DNA of 64,000 nt from Octopus sinensis. Lineage: Eukaryota. Positions 52,101 to 64,000 of this stretch are shown piece after piece (within the stretch, counting starts at the first letter, position 1; each line of letters opens with the position of its first letter). Location of the stretch: contig NC_043018.1 in assembly GCF_006345805.1 (NCBI RefSeq), forward strand, positions 2,232,001-2,296,000, read 5' to 3'. The notes below the pieces were generated by a model. It did no database searches. It saw nothing but the letters and a program-made list of their open reading frames with translations, and was not told the DNA's origin. Both the position numbers and the translations under genes were made by a program.

Positions 52101-55006
52101 ATATATATATGTATATAATATATAATATATAATATACATATATATCTATATACATATATATGTATATATATATATGTGTGTGTATGCATATACATAGTTT
52201 TCTATGGATACATAATGGTTTTATGTAGTTATATATAATTTCGAATTTGAAACTGTTTAGCTGGTGTCCAGATACACCATTACTACAAAATCTTATCATG
52301 AATATTTATTTTTCTTTTGATTTTCCTTTCTTTTACATTTTTTTCCCCAATCTTCATGTTTTTTTTCTGCATGTTTTCCGTTTCCTATCTGCAGATATTG
52401 ACTCAAGTAGATGTCTGTGAAACAGCATCAAAATCTAGTAAAAAAACATACACGAATAGCATAAGACAAGAGACAAAATGAAAGCCATGTAGATTTGGGG
52501 GAGCAGGGAGGTAGAGAAGGATAGGTAGAGAAACAAAAATCAACAAAGAATGAGACACGGAGAAAGAACATAGAGAGAGAGAGAGAGGGAGAGAGAGAGA
52601 GAGAGAGAGTAAAATAGAAATTATAGAGTAGAAAGAGAGATAGGAGTGAAATATAAACCAGACATTCAGTTCTTTACCCCGGTAGGAACTTTATGCTTTT
52701 CTACCGCATACTGCAGTATGATGTCTTAAATATAATAACATGTCCTAAACATTGCAAGGATAGATACACAAGAAGCCATGATGGCCGTTGTTGAAATGGC
52801 ATTCATTTACCTTGAAGTAAACGCTGTTGTAGAACATTTCGTTAGGAATATGAGAAAGGACAATGGTATCTCTAAATTTACTTTGCTTCTAAATTCACCA
52901 ATGCATTTTAGTGACATTTGGTTGATAAATGGGACACAGGTCGTCAACACTCACTCGCACACATACGCTCATATACGCTTGTAAACATACATACATACAC
53001 ACATACATACATAATACAGTGAAATATAATTAATTTAATTCAATCAAATTAATTTAATTATTTCTGTTCAACCATGAATATGCATGTTTTAATATCGCTA
53101 TACAAAACGATCGTCTGCATTAATTAAAATTCTCTTAAATTTTAACAACGTCTTCTCTTCTCCATTTTTAACAAATTTGTTGAGATTTATGGGATACCTT
53201 TACATAAAGTCACATAACATTCCATATACAAGTATTATTTTCATATTCGCAAACTTACGCCAGTAAGCTACCAGCAAAATGCGAAGCATCTATATTAGAA
53301 ATCGTTTTTTGGAATCTTCTAAATTAAAGGACGAATCTAATTCAACCTTTTCACGCACACACACATTCGTATCGATATCTTGGTGTGTACGTGTGTGCAT
53401 GTGTATGAATGCTTGAGCTTCTGTTCATGTTGAATTTATACATACCAGTGTGAACCGGAATTGGGCAACTAGAATTCATTGGGTAACTAGAATTCCATAA
53501 AAGGAATAAATAATGTGCCTATTTTTCGTTATGATCAGTTAAAGTTCTAGACATTTACTCAGAATTGGCGACGTTTATAGTAGGAAGCAGAAAAAAAGAC
53601 TTTAAAATTAATCTAATTAAAAGCGAAACAAATTTTCCTTTAGATGAAGGAACACTTGATGAAGGAACACTTGCCTACAAATTGATTATTACAATAAATA
53701 ATTACAAATACGTATATCTTAACAGGTTGCCTTCACAGTTAAAAAGAGGCAACGTCAAAACAAACATACAGAATAGAACATCATCTGTTTTTTTTCAAAA
53801 CATGTTAAATCAAACATAGGTCAGACATTACTAAGAACCAGAGGTGATACAATAACTAATTAATCCTCAGTAAGGCACAAAAAGAAAACGAATCTCCCCA
53901 GACACAACAAAATATATTTTAAATACCAAATATTTACAATATCGCTCTGAGGATCAGCCAACGAGCTCGGAACTGAGTCTCGCGATCCTGTTGTCTGCTA
54001 GAACATGGTAGGGATGTGTTCCCCTGCTCCCAATATATACTGTATATGAAGGGTGCAGCGTTGCACCGATAACTTGCTGGTGGAAGATCTGCCTGGGGTT
54101 AAGCTAATAGTAACGCGGAACAACCATTTTGATGCTGCAATTGACTTTACTTGTTTGTATAGTTACTTCTCTGATCTCTTCTTGGGATTTTACAACTAGC
54201 TATTTTGCATAAATAACAAATGAGTTTTTGAAATTATAAATACATTAATTATTATATGTAGAGATTATAATTAATAAAATACATAAATTTCGGAGTGTCA
54301 GTTTATGAATTTCGCGGGAAAGTAATTCTAACTGAAAGCTTGTCTACTTCCTGAAAATCAGTTACTTCCAGGATGAGAATATGATTCTCAGGCGATTATG
54401 GGTGTCATACAACATCATACATCGGCATAAGTGAAGGCAGAATGCATTTCGTGAATGGCACAAATAACTTGAGAGACATTGTGGGGTTATGGATAACAAG
54501 AGATAGAGGAAGATTTTGAACACTAAATCATGAACTGATGAATATAGCACACCTTGCATAAGCAGAACAGATGTACACCTGAGAAATGTACACCTGAGAA
54601 ATCACTCATGCCAATCATAATACACATTAAAATAAGACCTGATTTAATTAACCGTCTATTCGTGTATGATTTACTGTATGGTTATATAGTGACAATCGAA
54701 AGATTGATGAAGGAGATAATTGTTTGAGGTCTTAGCAGCAGCTGCTTGTCTCTAAATCTTGTCGACCTCAAAACTGCCTGTCGTTTTGCAAGTAGTGATG
54801 TAGTTGTAGTGAAATCGCCGTCAAAGTTTATTATAATACACCGTGTTTTTCACTTCAAAATAGAAACGCGTCCTTCAAAACCGCGCTTACCTATTGACCC
54901 ATACGCTTATTATTTTTTTGGTGAGAATTCATATATATGTTAGAAAGAAAGAATGAAGAGGCAAAAGATTGACAGCAATTTAGAGCATGGGATTAATGAT
55001 ATATCT

Positions 55007-55402
55007 CTCTTTACTCTTTTACTTGTTTCAGTCATTTGACAGCGGCCATACTGGAGCACCGCCTTTTAATCGAGCAACTCGACCCCGGGACTTATTCTTT
55101 GTAAGCCCAGTACTTATTCTATCGGTCTCTTTTGCCGAACCGCTAAGTGACGGGGACGTAAACACACCAGCATCGGTTGTCAAGCAATGCTAGGGGGACA
55201 AACACAGACACACAAACACACACATACATATACATATATACGACAGGCTTCTTTCAGTTTCCGTCTACCAAATCCACTCACAAGGCTTTGGTCGGCCCGA
55301 GGCTATAGTAGAATACACTTGCCCAAGGTGCCACGCAGTGGGACTGAACCCGGAACCATGCGGTTGGTAAACAAGCTACTTACCACACAGCCACTCCTGC
55401 GC
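55007..55402 (-). mobile_element. Full-length SINE family A
   Basis: Near-identical to 40454-40896. Confidence 0.93.
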
Positions 55403-55654
55403 TATATATATATATCTATTGAGACAATAGAGTTGCATTGGAAAGTTATCATATAGATAAGAGAGTAAGATGTTGTAGCTGTACGTTGCCAGACGGACAC
55501 AACACCATGGTTTTGTAAAGTCGCAGTTCAGATCGGAGATTTTGGTGAACCAGGTTCTGGACTTATTTTACATCTGTTCCCTTACGTCAGGAGACAATTT
55601 AATTTTGTTTTCACTCTCTCTGTGTCTCGCTCTCTCTTTCTGTGTCTGTCTGTC

Positions 55655-55695
<41 letters not shown>

Positions 55696-56807
55696 GCAGG
55701 TACACACCCAGGGACACATACTTTTTTAAAATAAATTGTCTAAGCGTAGAAAACTAATGAATACTCACTCATCATGTATATATGCACGTATGCGTTTGTG
55801 TGTGTGCGTGCGTGTGTGTTTGTTTGTTTGTGTGTGTGTGCCTGCATGCACCTTTGTGTACCCCTGAAGAAAAGGCGTATTAATCCTTTTTTGTGTATTT
55901 TTTCATAATTTAACAAACACGAGGGAAAAATAATAGACATACATACAAAAGACCCACGCATGTTTACTTACACACGTGCACACACACACACATTCATAAA
56001 TAAATGTGTATATACATAACACACATAGTATACCCTCACACACATAGTATAGCCTCACACACATATACTTATTGACAACCGCTCTATTATTCCATAATGT
56101 CCGAAGAGGACGACGCGTCAGAAACACGGTTATAAAAAATACATTAAATTTCCCATTTAGATTCCACAATCTTTTGCCGAAGAGGAAAACGGTTTTTTGT
56201 TTCCCATTCTGTTTTGGAAACAAAATTATTTGTTTAAAGAGGCAATTTCAGTTAATCAAAAACGTAAATTCCAACACACAAATAATATTGCTAAACTAAT
56301 TATTCGAGACAATTTGCTTTTTGTTTCCTTATTTCCGGCCACGCATGATGTATTTCCAAATATTATCTTGTCAATAAGCTTTCCATTTAAGAATTTTGAT
56401 ATTGTTTTCAAATTGTTTTACGCATTTCTGTTTGTGTACGCAATAGATGTGGTTCAGATGCAATTTATAAGTACATTGTATTTTTCATCTGACTGTATAA
56501 GTGGTCTTTAGTTATTTTATATAATTCAATATCGAGTTTTAAATTGAGAAGAAAATAGAAACACTATGTTGACGGGTAATACAGGAAATGTTTATGGGAA
56601 AATAAACATCGGAACAACAAAATAACAAACGAAGCAACCCACAATGTTAATTAGATATCTAGCTGAAATAAATTGTAAACACACACACTAACACACATAC
56701 ACACACACAAACAAACAAACAAACATTAACACACACAGACAGACACTTGCACGCACGCACGAACAAAAGACGTGCATATATGCGTAAATATGTGTTTGTA
56801 TATACCA

Positions 56808-57037
56808 ATTTCTCTACTACCCACAAGGGGCTAAACACAGAGAGGACAAACAAGGACAGACAAACGGATTAAGTCGATTACATCGACCCCAGTGCGTAAC
56901 TGGTACTTTTATTTATCGACCCCGAGAGGATGAAGGCAAAGTCAACCTCGGCAGAATTTGAACTCAGAACGTAACGGCAGACGAAATACCGCTAAGCATT
57001 TCGCCCGGCGTGCTAACGGTTTAGCCAGCTCGCCGCC
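56808..57037 (-). mobile_element. SINE family B with ~15-bp TSD
   Basis: TGTTTGTATATACCA at 56793-56807 and 57041-57055. Confidence 0.92.
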
Positions 57038-57079
57038 TTATGTTTGTATATACCAGCCACGTTCTGGTAACTATCGAGA

Positions 57080-57679
57080 AACTTGCTCACCAGCGTATTT
57101 GGTGAAGGCGAAACTCTGAAAACCGGTGATGCTTTTCCCGTATGTGGATTCCACAGTAATAGGCGATGCTAAACTCAATAGGGTTGTAGAAGCCCGCTTT
57201 GAAAAGGCCAGGATAGCTTTTGGAAGGATTTCGGGTCGACTTAGGAATGTCTGTGATATCTCAGTTCGATAAAAAAGGGATGTGTGTAAGTTAGCTGTCC
57301 CAGAATCATTTTTATGTGGAGCAGAGGACTGGCCATTTTATCCAGGGCACATCCGGTAGATGAACACCATTCATTTGAACTAATTTGGGCAAATATGTAA
57401 GTTTGAGTGGGATGAAAGAGTAAAGAATAGCACTACCATGGAAATGTGTGGAATATCCGTCATAGAAACTGTCCTGATGTAGCCTGAGATGGGATGGTGT
57501 GGACACATACTTGGCATGAATAATGATCGAATAACAAAACAAACATTTTATAGGCAGCTTGTAAATTTACGACACAATGTAGGCTGGCCACTTCTGTGGT
57601 ATAAGTTTCAATTCAAAAATAACCTGAAATGCCTAAATATTAGGAAAGAAAACATTAAGAATCATATAAGAAACCTACA

Positions 57680-57768
<89 letters not shown>

Positions 57769-57940
57769 CCTTTTTCAAGTTTCGAAATTTCAGAATTTAA
57801 ATGATAATTCGTCAAGTGCAGTTACGGGAAAATTGGAAAATAGAGCAACAGAACAATAATCTTCCTGTAATCCACCATTATCCCCTTTGTGATTTGTCGG
57901 TTAGATCACGTGCTGGTTTAAAATGTCAGGCTCATGCCCA
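57080..57940 (+). mobile_element. Degenerate RTE LINE 3' fragment interrupted by (GA)n
   Basis: EARFEKARIAFGRI..LCGAEDW..WCGHILGMNNDRITKQTFY..GWPLLWYK, with a terminal PLC..RSRAGLK. Confidence 0.8.
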
Positions 57941-58203
57941 AACTGCTTTTGGTGTTCCGAGGACTCCCACGAAGTGAATGAATTGTAAATATAGGTGAAT
58001 ATTAATAATAGGACTGTGAGTGCGTTGTTGAGTATCGATTTGACTGGATTTTGGTTTCTGACTTTTCGATGAACACTCATACAGTGTCTTCGTCGGGAGA
58101 GCTTGTCATACATACATACATACTTATATGTAAACACAAACAATCAGCCACACATTCACAGATATTCACACACACATGCGTGCGCGCACACACCTGCACA
58201 CAA

Positions 58204-58234
<31 letters not shown>

Positions 58235-58303
58235 AGCAGGATAATGCTAATAATATAGCATGAACAGGATAAACTACCAATATTTTGCAGAAAAATGTGT
58301 CGG

Positions 58304-58378
58304 CGACCAGCCATGAGACTCGAATTCACACCCCTGTGATTACTCGTCGCAGTGCTCTAATTTTAAGCTAAACTGCCC
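58304..58378 (-). pseudogene. tRNA-like sequence (SINE head or tRNA pseudogene)
   Basis: GGGGCAGTTTAGCTTAAAATTAGAGCACTG..AGTAA..GAATTCGAGTCTC; degenerate A/B boxes, poor acceptor stem. Confidence 0.45.
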
Positions 58379-59339
58379 CAACAACACATTCTTCTGAAAA
58401 TTTAGGATATATAAATCTCGCTTTGTAAGACGATATCGTACGTTAAATTGACATTCCTGCGTTTGAGAATAAAATATTACTTCCTTAACTTTCAAAACAT
58501 CTTACTGCTTCTAAAGCAAACTTTGTTTACTTTCATCGTAATTTGAATTTAATATATATAAATACATACATACATACATACATATATATATATATATCTA
58601 TATATATACACGTTATTATCATTATTTTCTCAGTCACCGGATTGTGTTCATGGCGGGGCACCACTTCGTTGGTTGATTCTCTGTTTTCAAACTGTTAAAT
58701 TACGGGTGTTTAAGTAAAATATCATCGGTTTTCAAGCGGTATTGTGACATAAAACACGAAGAGAAGTCACATACACGCACGTTTACGTATATACACGCAA
58801 ATATTATTTTACTTGTTCTCAGACATGTCCTGCGGCCGCGTTCAGGTGTCGTTCTCTAATATTTTAATCTATGAAATCAACTTCACTAATTATTTCAGAC
58901 TGGTACGTAAGCTCTGTATCTCTGCTTCGAGTAGTTTTATTAACGGGTAGCAAAATCGCCTTTGAGATATTCCGGTACATCAGTACAGGTGATCAAAAAT
59001 CTAGTTAGTTCCATATTCCTTTCTGGTTCGCAACCTAAATTAAGTCATTGATATGAAATTGGAAATTTAAAATAAAATATTGCAAACCTTTAATAACGTT
59101 ACGAGTTTTGAAATTATCAAGAATAAAAAATTGTGTAAATATCTGCATATTTCTGATTTAATATGTGATTGGATGTAGAGATATATCAGCTAACCCGGTT
59201 GAGTATTTCCTGTTGTTGCGTAATTAATCAATCAGAAATGAATTTTAAATTTGTGTGGAAGAATTGGTGTCTGCGATATTAAATACGAAATTAACAAAAT
59301 CATTACACACACATATGTATGTATATATGCATGCATATA

Positions 59340-59530
59340 TAATTTTCTACTCTAGGCTCAAGGACGGAATTTTGGTGGGGAGGCGGCAGTCGATTAAATC
59401 GCCCCCAGTACGCAGCTTGTACTTAATTTATGGACTCGGAAATGATGAAAGGCAAAGTCAAGCTTGAACTCGTACAGACAGACGAAATACTGTTAATCAT
59501 TTCGCTCGGCGTGCCAAATTTTCCGCCTGC
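59340..59530 (-). mobile_element. Degenerate SINE family B
   Basis: GATGAAAGGCAAAGTC..AGACGAAATAC..CATTTCGC. Confidence 0.7.
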
Positions 59531-59545
59531 TCTCCACGTTAATAC

Positions 59546-59611
<66 letters not shown>

Positions 59612-59644
59612 GCTTCCTATATATATATATATATGCTTCTTTCA

Positions 59645-59680
<36 letters not shown>

Positions 59681-59681
<1 letters not shown>

Positions 59682-59818
59682 TTCTTTCTGTGTTCCTTTC
59701 TGTGGAAGAGCGTAGGCACGAAACGTTAAAGACTTTTTCCTGCTCAAGTGTTATAAAAATACATCTGTTTATCATCTACACCACCTGTCTTCGTCTTTCA
59801 TTTTTTTGTGTGAATTCT

Positions 59819-59821
<3 letters not shown>
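59681..59821 (+). mobile_element. Element P1 with hammerhead motif (59696-59731)
   Basis: CTTT-CTGTGGA-A-GAGC-gtag-GCAC-GAAAC-GTT-AAAG; inside (TA)n. Confidence 0.7.
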
Positions 59822-59870
<49 letters not shown>

Positions 59871-60193
59871 AAAAGGATGAAATGCCCTTCTTGTGCAACG
59901 CAGTCATAACGCCGGATTCCAGGAATCTGTGGCGACGCCGCTCCTTCGTAGGATTTCTCAATTCTCCGAGTTGAATTGAGCAATGTGAAAAGAATTGTTT
60001 TCGTTCTAAACAAAACACATCGCTCGTTGTAGGAATCGAAACCGCAATCTTATGATCATGAGTACAATGCCTACACATACACTCAGCCATACATATATCT
60101 CTATCACTCTCTCTTTCCCTCACTTTCTCTCTCGCTCTTTCTCTCTGTCAATCTTTTTATATATATATACATGCATACATAAATACACACACA

Positions 60194-60231
<38 letters not shown>

Positions 60232-60314
60232 TTTAAGCCACAGTATATGGATTTAGATAATCCGGTAATACTCATAAATAAAGCTCCTTAATTCATCATT
60301 CTACAAGGCATATA

Positions 60315-60527
60315 CAGTAATCCCTCGCCATCTCGCGCTTCACCTACCGCAGTTCGCATATCGCAGTTCACATATCGCGGTTCACATATCGCGGTTTATT
60401 ACTTAAGCTTACGTCGATCCCTCCGGGGTGTATATATATACAGTACACTACTGTTTTTACTTCGCGGATTTTTACCTATCGCGACGGTTTTTGGAACGTA
60501 ACAGCCTCAGTAATTGAGTAATTACTG
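60315..60527. mobile_element. pogo/Tigger-type MITE
   Basis: TA|CAGTAATCCCTCG...GAGTAATTACTG|TA, with internal TTCACATATCGCGG direct repeats. Confidence 0.8.
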
Positions 60528-60724
60528 TACAAGATATAATACGATACAGCAGAAAACGATAAGGAGTGTATAAAGAGATAAATGACAAATAGTTTGATGA
60601 AATATTGGAAAAGAACAGCTACCATGTTACAGTAGGCTACAGGGAGCGAACGCACGACGCATGCAAGACTCTAGGAGTTACAACAAAACCTCAGATGAAA
60701 AGAATAAAACTAAAAATAACGATT

Positions 60725-60928
60725 TCAAATTTCGGCACAAGGCCAGCAAGTTCGAGGCGGCGATAAATCGATTATATCGACCCCAGTACACAATTGGTAC
60801 TCATTTTATCGACCCCGAAATGCTAAATGTTAAAAAATAAAGTTGACCTCTGCAGCATTTGAACACAGAACGTAAAGACGCACGAAATGGCACAAAACAT
60901 TTTGACCGGTGTGCTATTGATTCTGCCT
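60725..60928 (-). mobile_element. Degenerate SINE family B
   Basis: ATCGACCCCAGT..GGTACT..ATCGACCCCGAAA. Confidence 0.7.
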
Positions 60929-60957
60929 TAATAATAATAATAACAATAATAATAAAT

Positions 60958-61517
60958 GCCCTGATGCAGTACCAGGCAGAGGCTCTCATGGCTTCTGATC
61001 TTAACTGATTGAAAGTGTTATCATGTACATTGTTTTGTCTTGGTATAAAAGATGGGCTAACAGCAAATATTCTGCTCAATACCACATATTTGCTTGTTAG
61101 TTGTTTGACCTTAACCAGTTGAGCATGTCCCTTAGTGGCTGACGATATGTGCATCTCTGATCACGAGCAGACAGTAGTAGTGGGGGAGCACATCATAGCC
61201 ATGTGTGAGAGGGATTCTTTGGGGTTTGAATAATTCACCTCTGGAAACATGGGTGGTTCTTTCAACATCCTTAAACAACCCTTATTCAGGGACCGTTTGA
61301 GCGGAATGGGCTACTCAACCTGAAGAAAATTCTAACTGGGCCCCACCTGCAAGGTCATGTGCTGTTTATCTCGATATGAGATCACCATGTCGCGCACATA
61401 TGGTTGTGATGCATGTGCCTGGTGTGCCCTTATCAGACGGGTAGTCATGATGAGTATACTGGACTTCGTATATTTTACTCCAGTGTCACTTTGATGGCAT
61501 GAACTGCTCTCTCACTC
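60958..61517 (+). mobile_element. (AAT)n-embedded ~560-bp element, full copy
   Basis: GCCCTGATGCAGTACCAGG...CTGCTCTCTCACTC between AAT runs. Confidence 0.9.
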
Positions 61518-61570
<53 letters not shown>

Positions 61571-61584
61571 CAGCAACAATAAAA

Positions 61585-62037
61585 CTACAGCAAATATTCT
61601 GCTCAATACCACAGATTTGCTTGTCAGTTGTTTGACCTTAACCAGTTGAGCATCTCCCCTAGTGCCTGACGATATGTGCGTCTCTGATTACGAGTAGAAG
61701 TAGTGGGGGAGAATCATTAGCCGTGTGTTGAGAGGGATTCTTTGGGATTTGAATAATTCACCTCTGGAAACATTGGTATTTCGTTCAACATCCTTAAACA
61801 ACCCTTATTCAGGGACCTTAGGAGCGGGATGGGCTACTCGACAAGAATAAAATTCTAACCGGGCCCCACCTGCAAGGTCATGCGTTAATCTTGATAAGAG
61901 ATCACCATGTCGCGCACATATTGTTGTGATGCATGTGCCTAGTGTACCCTTATCAGTCGGGTAGTCATGATGGGTATACTGGGCTTTGTATATGTTACCC
62001 CAGTGTCACTTTGATGGCATGCACTGCTCTCTCACTC
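61585..62037 (+). mobile_element. (AAT)n-embedded element, 5'-truncated copy
   Basis: Lacks the first ~100 nt; same 3' end. Confidence 0.9.
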
Positions 62038-62084
<47 letters not shown>

Positions 62085-62121
62085 TAATAATAATAATAAT
62101 AATAATAATGATAATAATAAT

Positions 62122-62679
62122 GCCCTGATGCAGTACCAGGCAGTGGCTCTCATGGCTTCTGATCTTAACTGATTGGAAGTGTTATCATGTACATTGTTTT
62201 GTCTTGGTATAAAAGATGGGCTACAGCAAATATTCTGCTCAATACCACAGATTTGCTTGTCAGTTGTTTGACCTTAACCAGTTGAGCATGTCCCTTAGTG
62301 GCTGACGATATGTGCATCTCTGATCACGAGCAGAAGTAGTGGGGGAGCATCATAGCCATGTGTTGAGAGGGATTCTTTGGGGTTTGAATAATTCACCTCT
62401 GGAAACATGGGTAGGTAGTTCTTTCAACAACCTTAAACAACCCTTATTCAGGGACCTTTTGAGCAGGATGGTCTACTCAACCTGAAGAAAATTCTAACTG
62501 GGCCCCACCTGCAAGGTCATGTGCTGTTTATCTTGATATGAGATCACCATGTCGCGCACATATGGTTGTGATGCATGTGCCTAGTGTACCCTTATCAGAC
62601 GGGTAGTCATGATGGGTATATTGGGCTTCGTATATTTTACCCCAGTGTCACTTTGATGGCATGAACTGCTCTCTCACTC
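62122..62679 (+). mobile_element. (AAT)n-embedded ~560-bp element, full copy
   Basis: Same termini as 60958-61517. Confidence 0.9.
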
Positions 62680-62715
<36 letters not shown>

Positions 62716-63497
62716 CATAATAATAATAATAATAATAATATATAAGAAGAAGAAGAAACAGAAGAAGAAGAAGAGAAGAAGAAGAAGAAGAAGAAGAAGA
62801 AGAAGAAGAAGAGAAAGAAGAAGACAAGAAGAAAGAAAAGAAGAAGAAGAAGAAGAAGAAGAAGAAGAAGAAGAAGAAGAAGAAGAAGAAGAAGAAGAAG
62901 AAGAAGAAGAAGAAGAAAAATTGTTTCAAATTTTGAAATTTGTCACAAGTCCAGCAGCTTTAGTTGAAAGGTCAGTGCATTAAGCTGACCCCAGGTGTGT
63001 ATCGTTATTTTATTTTATCGGAACGGAGTGGTGGGTTACTGAGAGAAACCCGTTGGGATTTGAACTTAGAAGGTAAGTGGTCGCAACAAACAGCGCTCAA
63101 GAAATTTTTCCGTAACGATCCCGTTTCTCCACTAATGGATGAGATGCATGGAAAAATAGATCTTTCGATTATATCGACCCCAGTTGTTGTTTGGTAACAC
63201 TCGATCCTGAAAAAAATAATTGGTAAAGGTGAATTTGGATTGGAATAATGAATTGACGAATCAGAAGACGAAAAGGAAAATAGAAATATATAAAGAGTAT
63301 CAGAATGTACGGAAGAAGTAAAGTAAAAAGATGAAATTGGTTTTTAAACTGTAGGTTACAACTGAAAAAAGGTGTCTATTGTTAGCCTTTCGCTGTTTGA
63401 CATCTTCAATAGAAATGTTTGTTATCGGTGAATACTTACTAATGTCAGAATATGTGGAATTATTGCTAGTTAGAATATATATATATATATACAGAGC

Positions 63498-63528
<31 letters not shown>

Positions 63529-63630
63529 TATGCAATATTATGTCGTCGTGAGAGAACGGTGTGAACAACTTATAAATTAATATAACAAACGTAACTGAGA
63601 ATATATATACACATACATACATACATATAT

Positions 63631-63665
<35 letters not shown>

Positions 63666-63684
63666 AAATATATATGTATTTATA

Positions 63685-63717
<33 letters not shown>

Positions 63718-63923
63718 TATATATATAATATATATATAATAATATATACATCATACATACATACATACATACATACATACAAACATACATACAACATACA
63801 TACATACATACATACATACATACATACATACATACAACATACATACATAATCGAATCTGTCAGAAGCAAATGATATTAAAAGTGAGAGATGACAAAGTAT
63901 GGTGTCTGACTTGGCAGATAATA

Positions 63924-63991
<68 letters not shown>

Positions 63992-64000
63992 TATTATTAT

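Noticed and set aside
54360-54720. Possible further LINE remnant with a short tandem duplication (also 29200-29400)
   Set aside because: Too degenerate to assign motifs with confidence
60330-60395. CRISPR-like short direct repeats
   Set aside because: Units of about 14 bp with no spacers inside a TA-flanked MITE in eukaryotic DNA
62122-62200. HDV-like ribozyme at the 5' end of the 560-bp element
   Set aside because: Could not build the nested double pseudoknot by eye; left as a test, not a claim

Overview
AT-rich, microsatellite-saturated eukaryotic DNA, most likely intronic or intergenic sequence from an octopus/coleoid cephalopod. This is inferred from the repeat landscape, not from a database search. 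I recognise no intact host protein-coding gene, and most ORFs in the track are translations of simple repeats. The recognisable content is transposon-derived: at least three tRNA-headed SINE families (some nested, with clear TSDs), R4/Dong-clade LINE remnants tied to (AAT)n, RTE LINE remnants, Tc1/mariner- and pogo-type MITEs, a Tc1-like transposase remnant, a probable Helentron-type element, and Penelope-like (PLE) RT and GIY-YIG remnants. The most interesting signal is a set of about five unrelated short elements, each embedded in (TA)n, that carry minimal type I hammerhead ribozyme motifs. Several have non-canonical cores (G3:C8 swap, A6U, U4C), and three sit in long inverted repeats. A ~560 bp non-coding element occurs four times, always inside (AAT)n, including a head-to-tail triple array. 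All alignments and folds were done by eye, and coordinates of degenerate elements are approximate.
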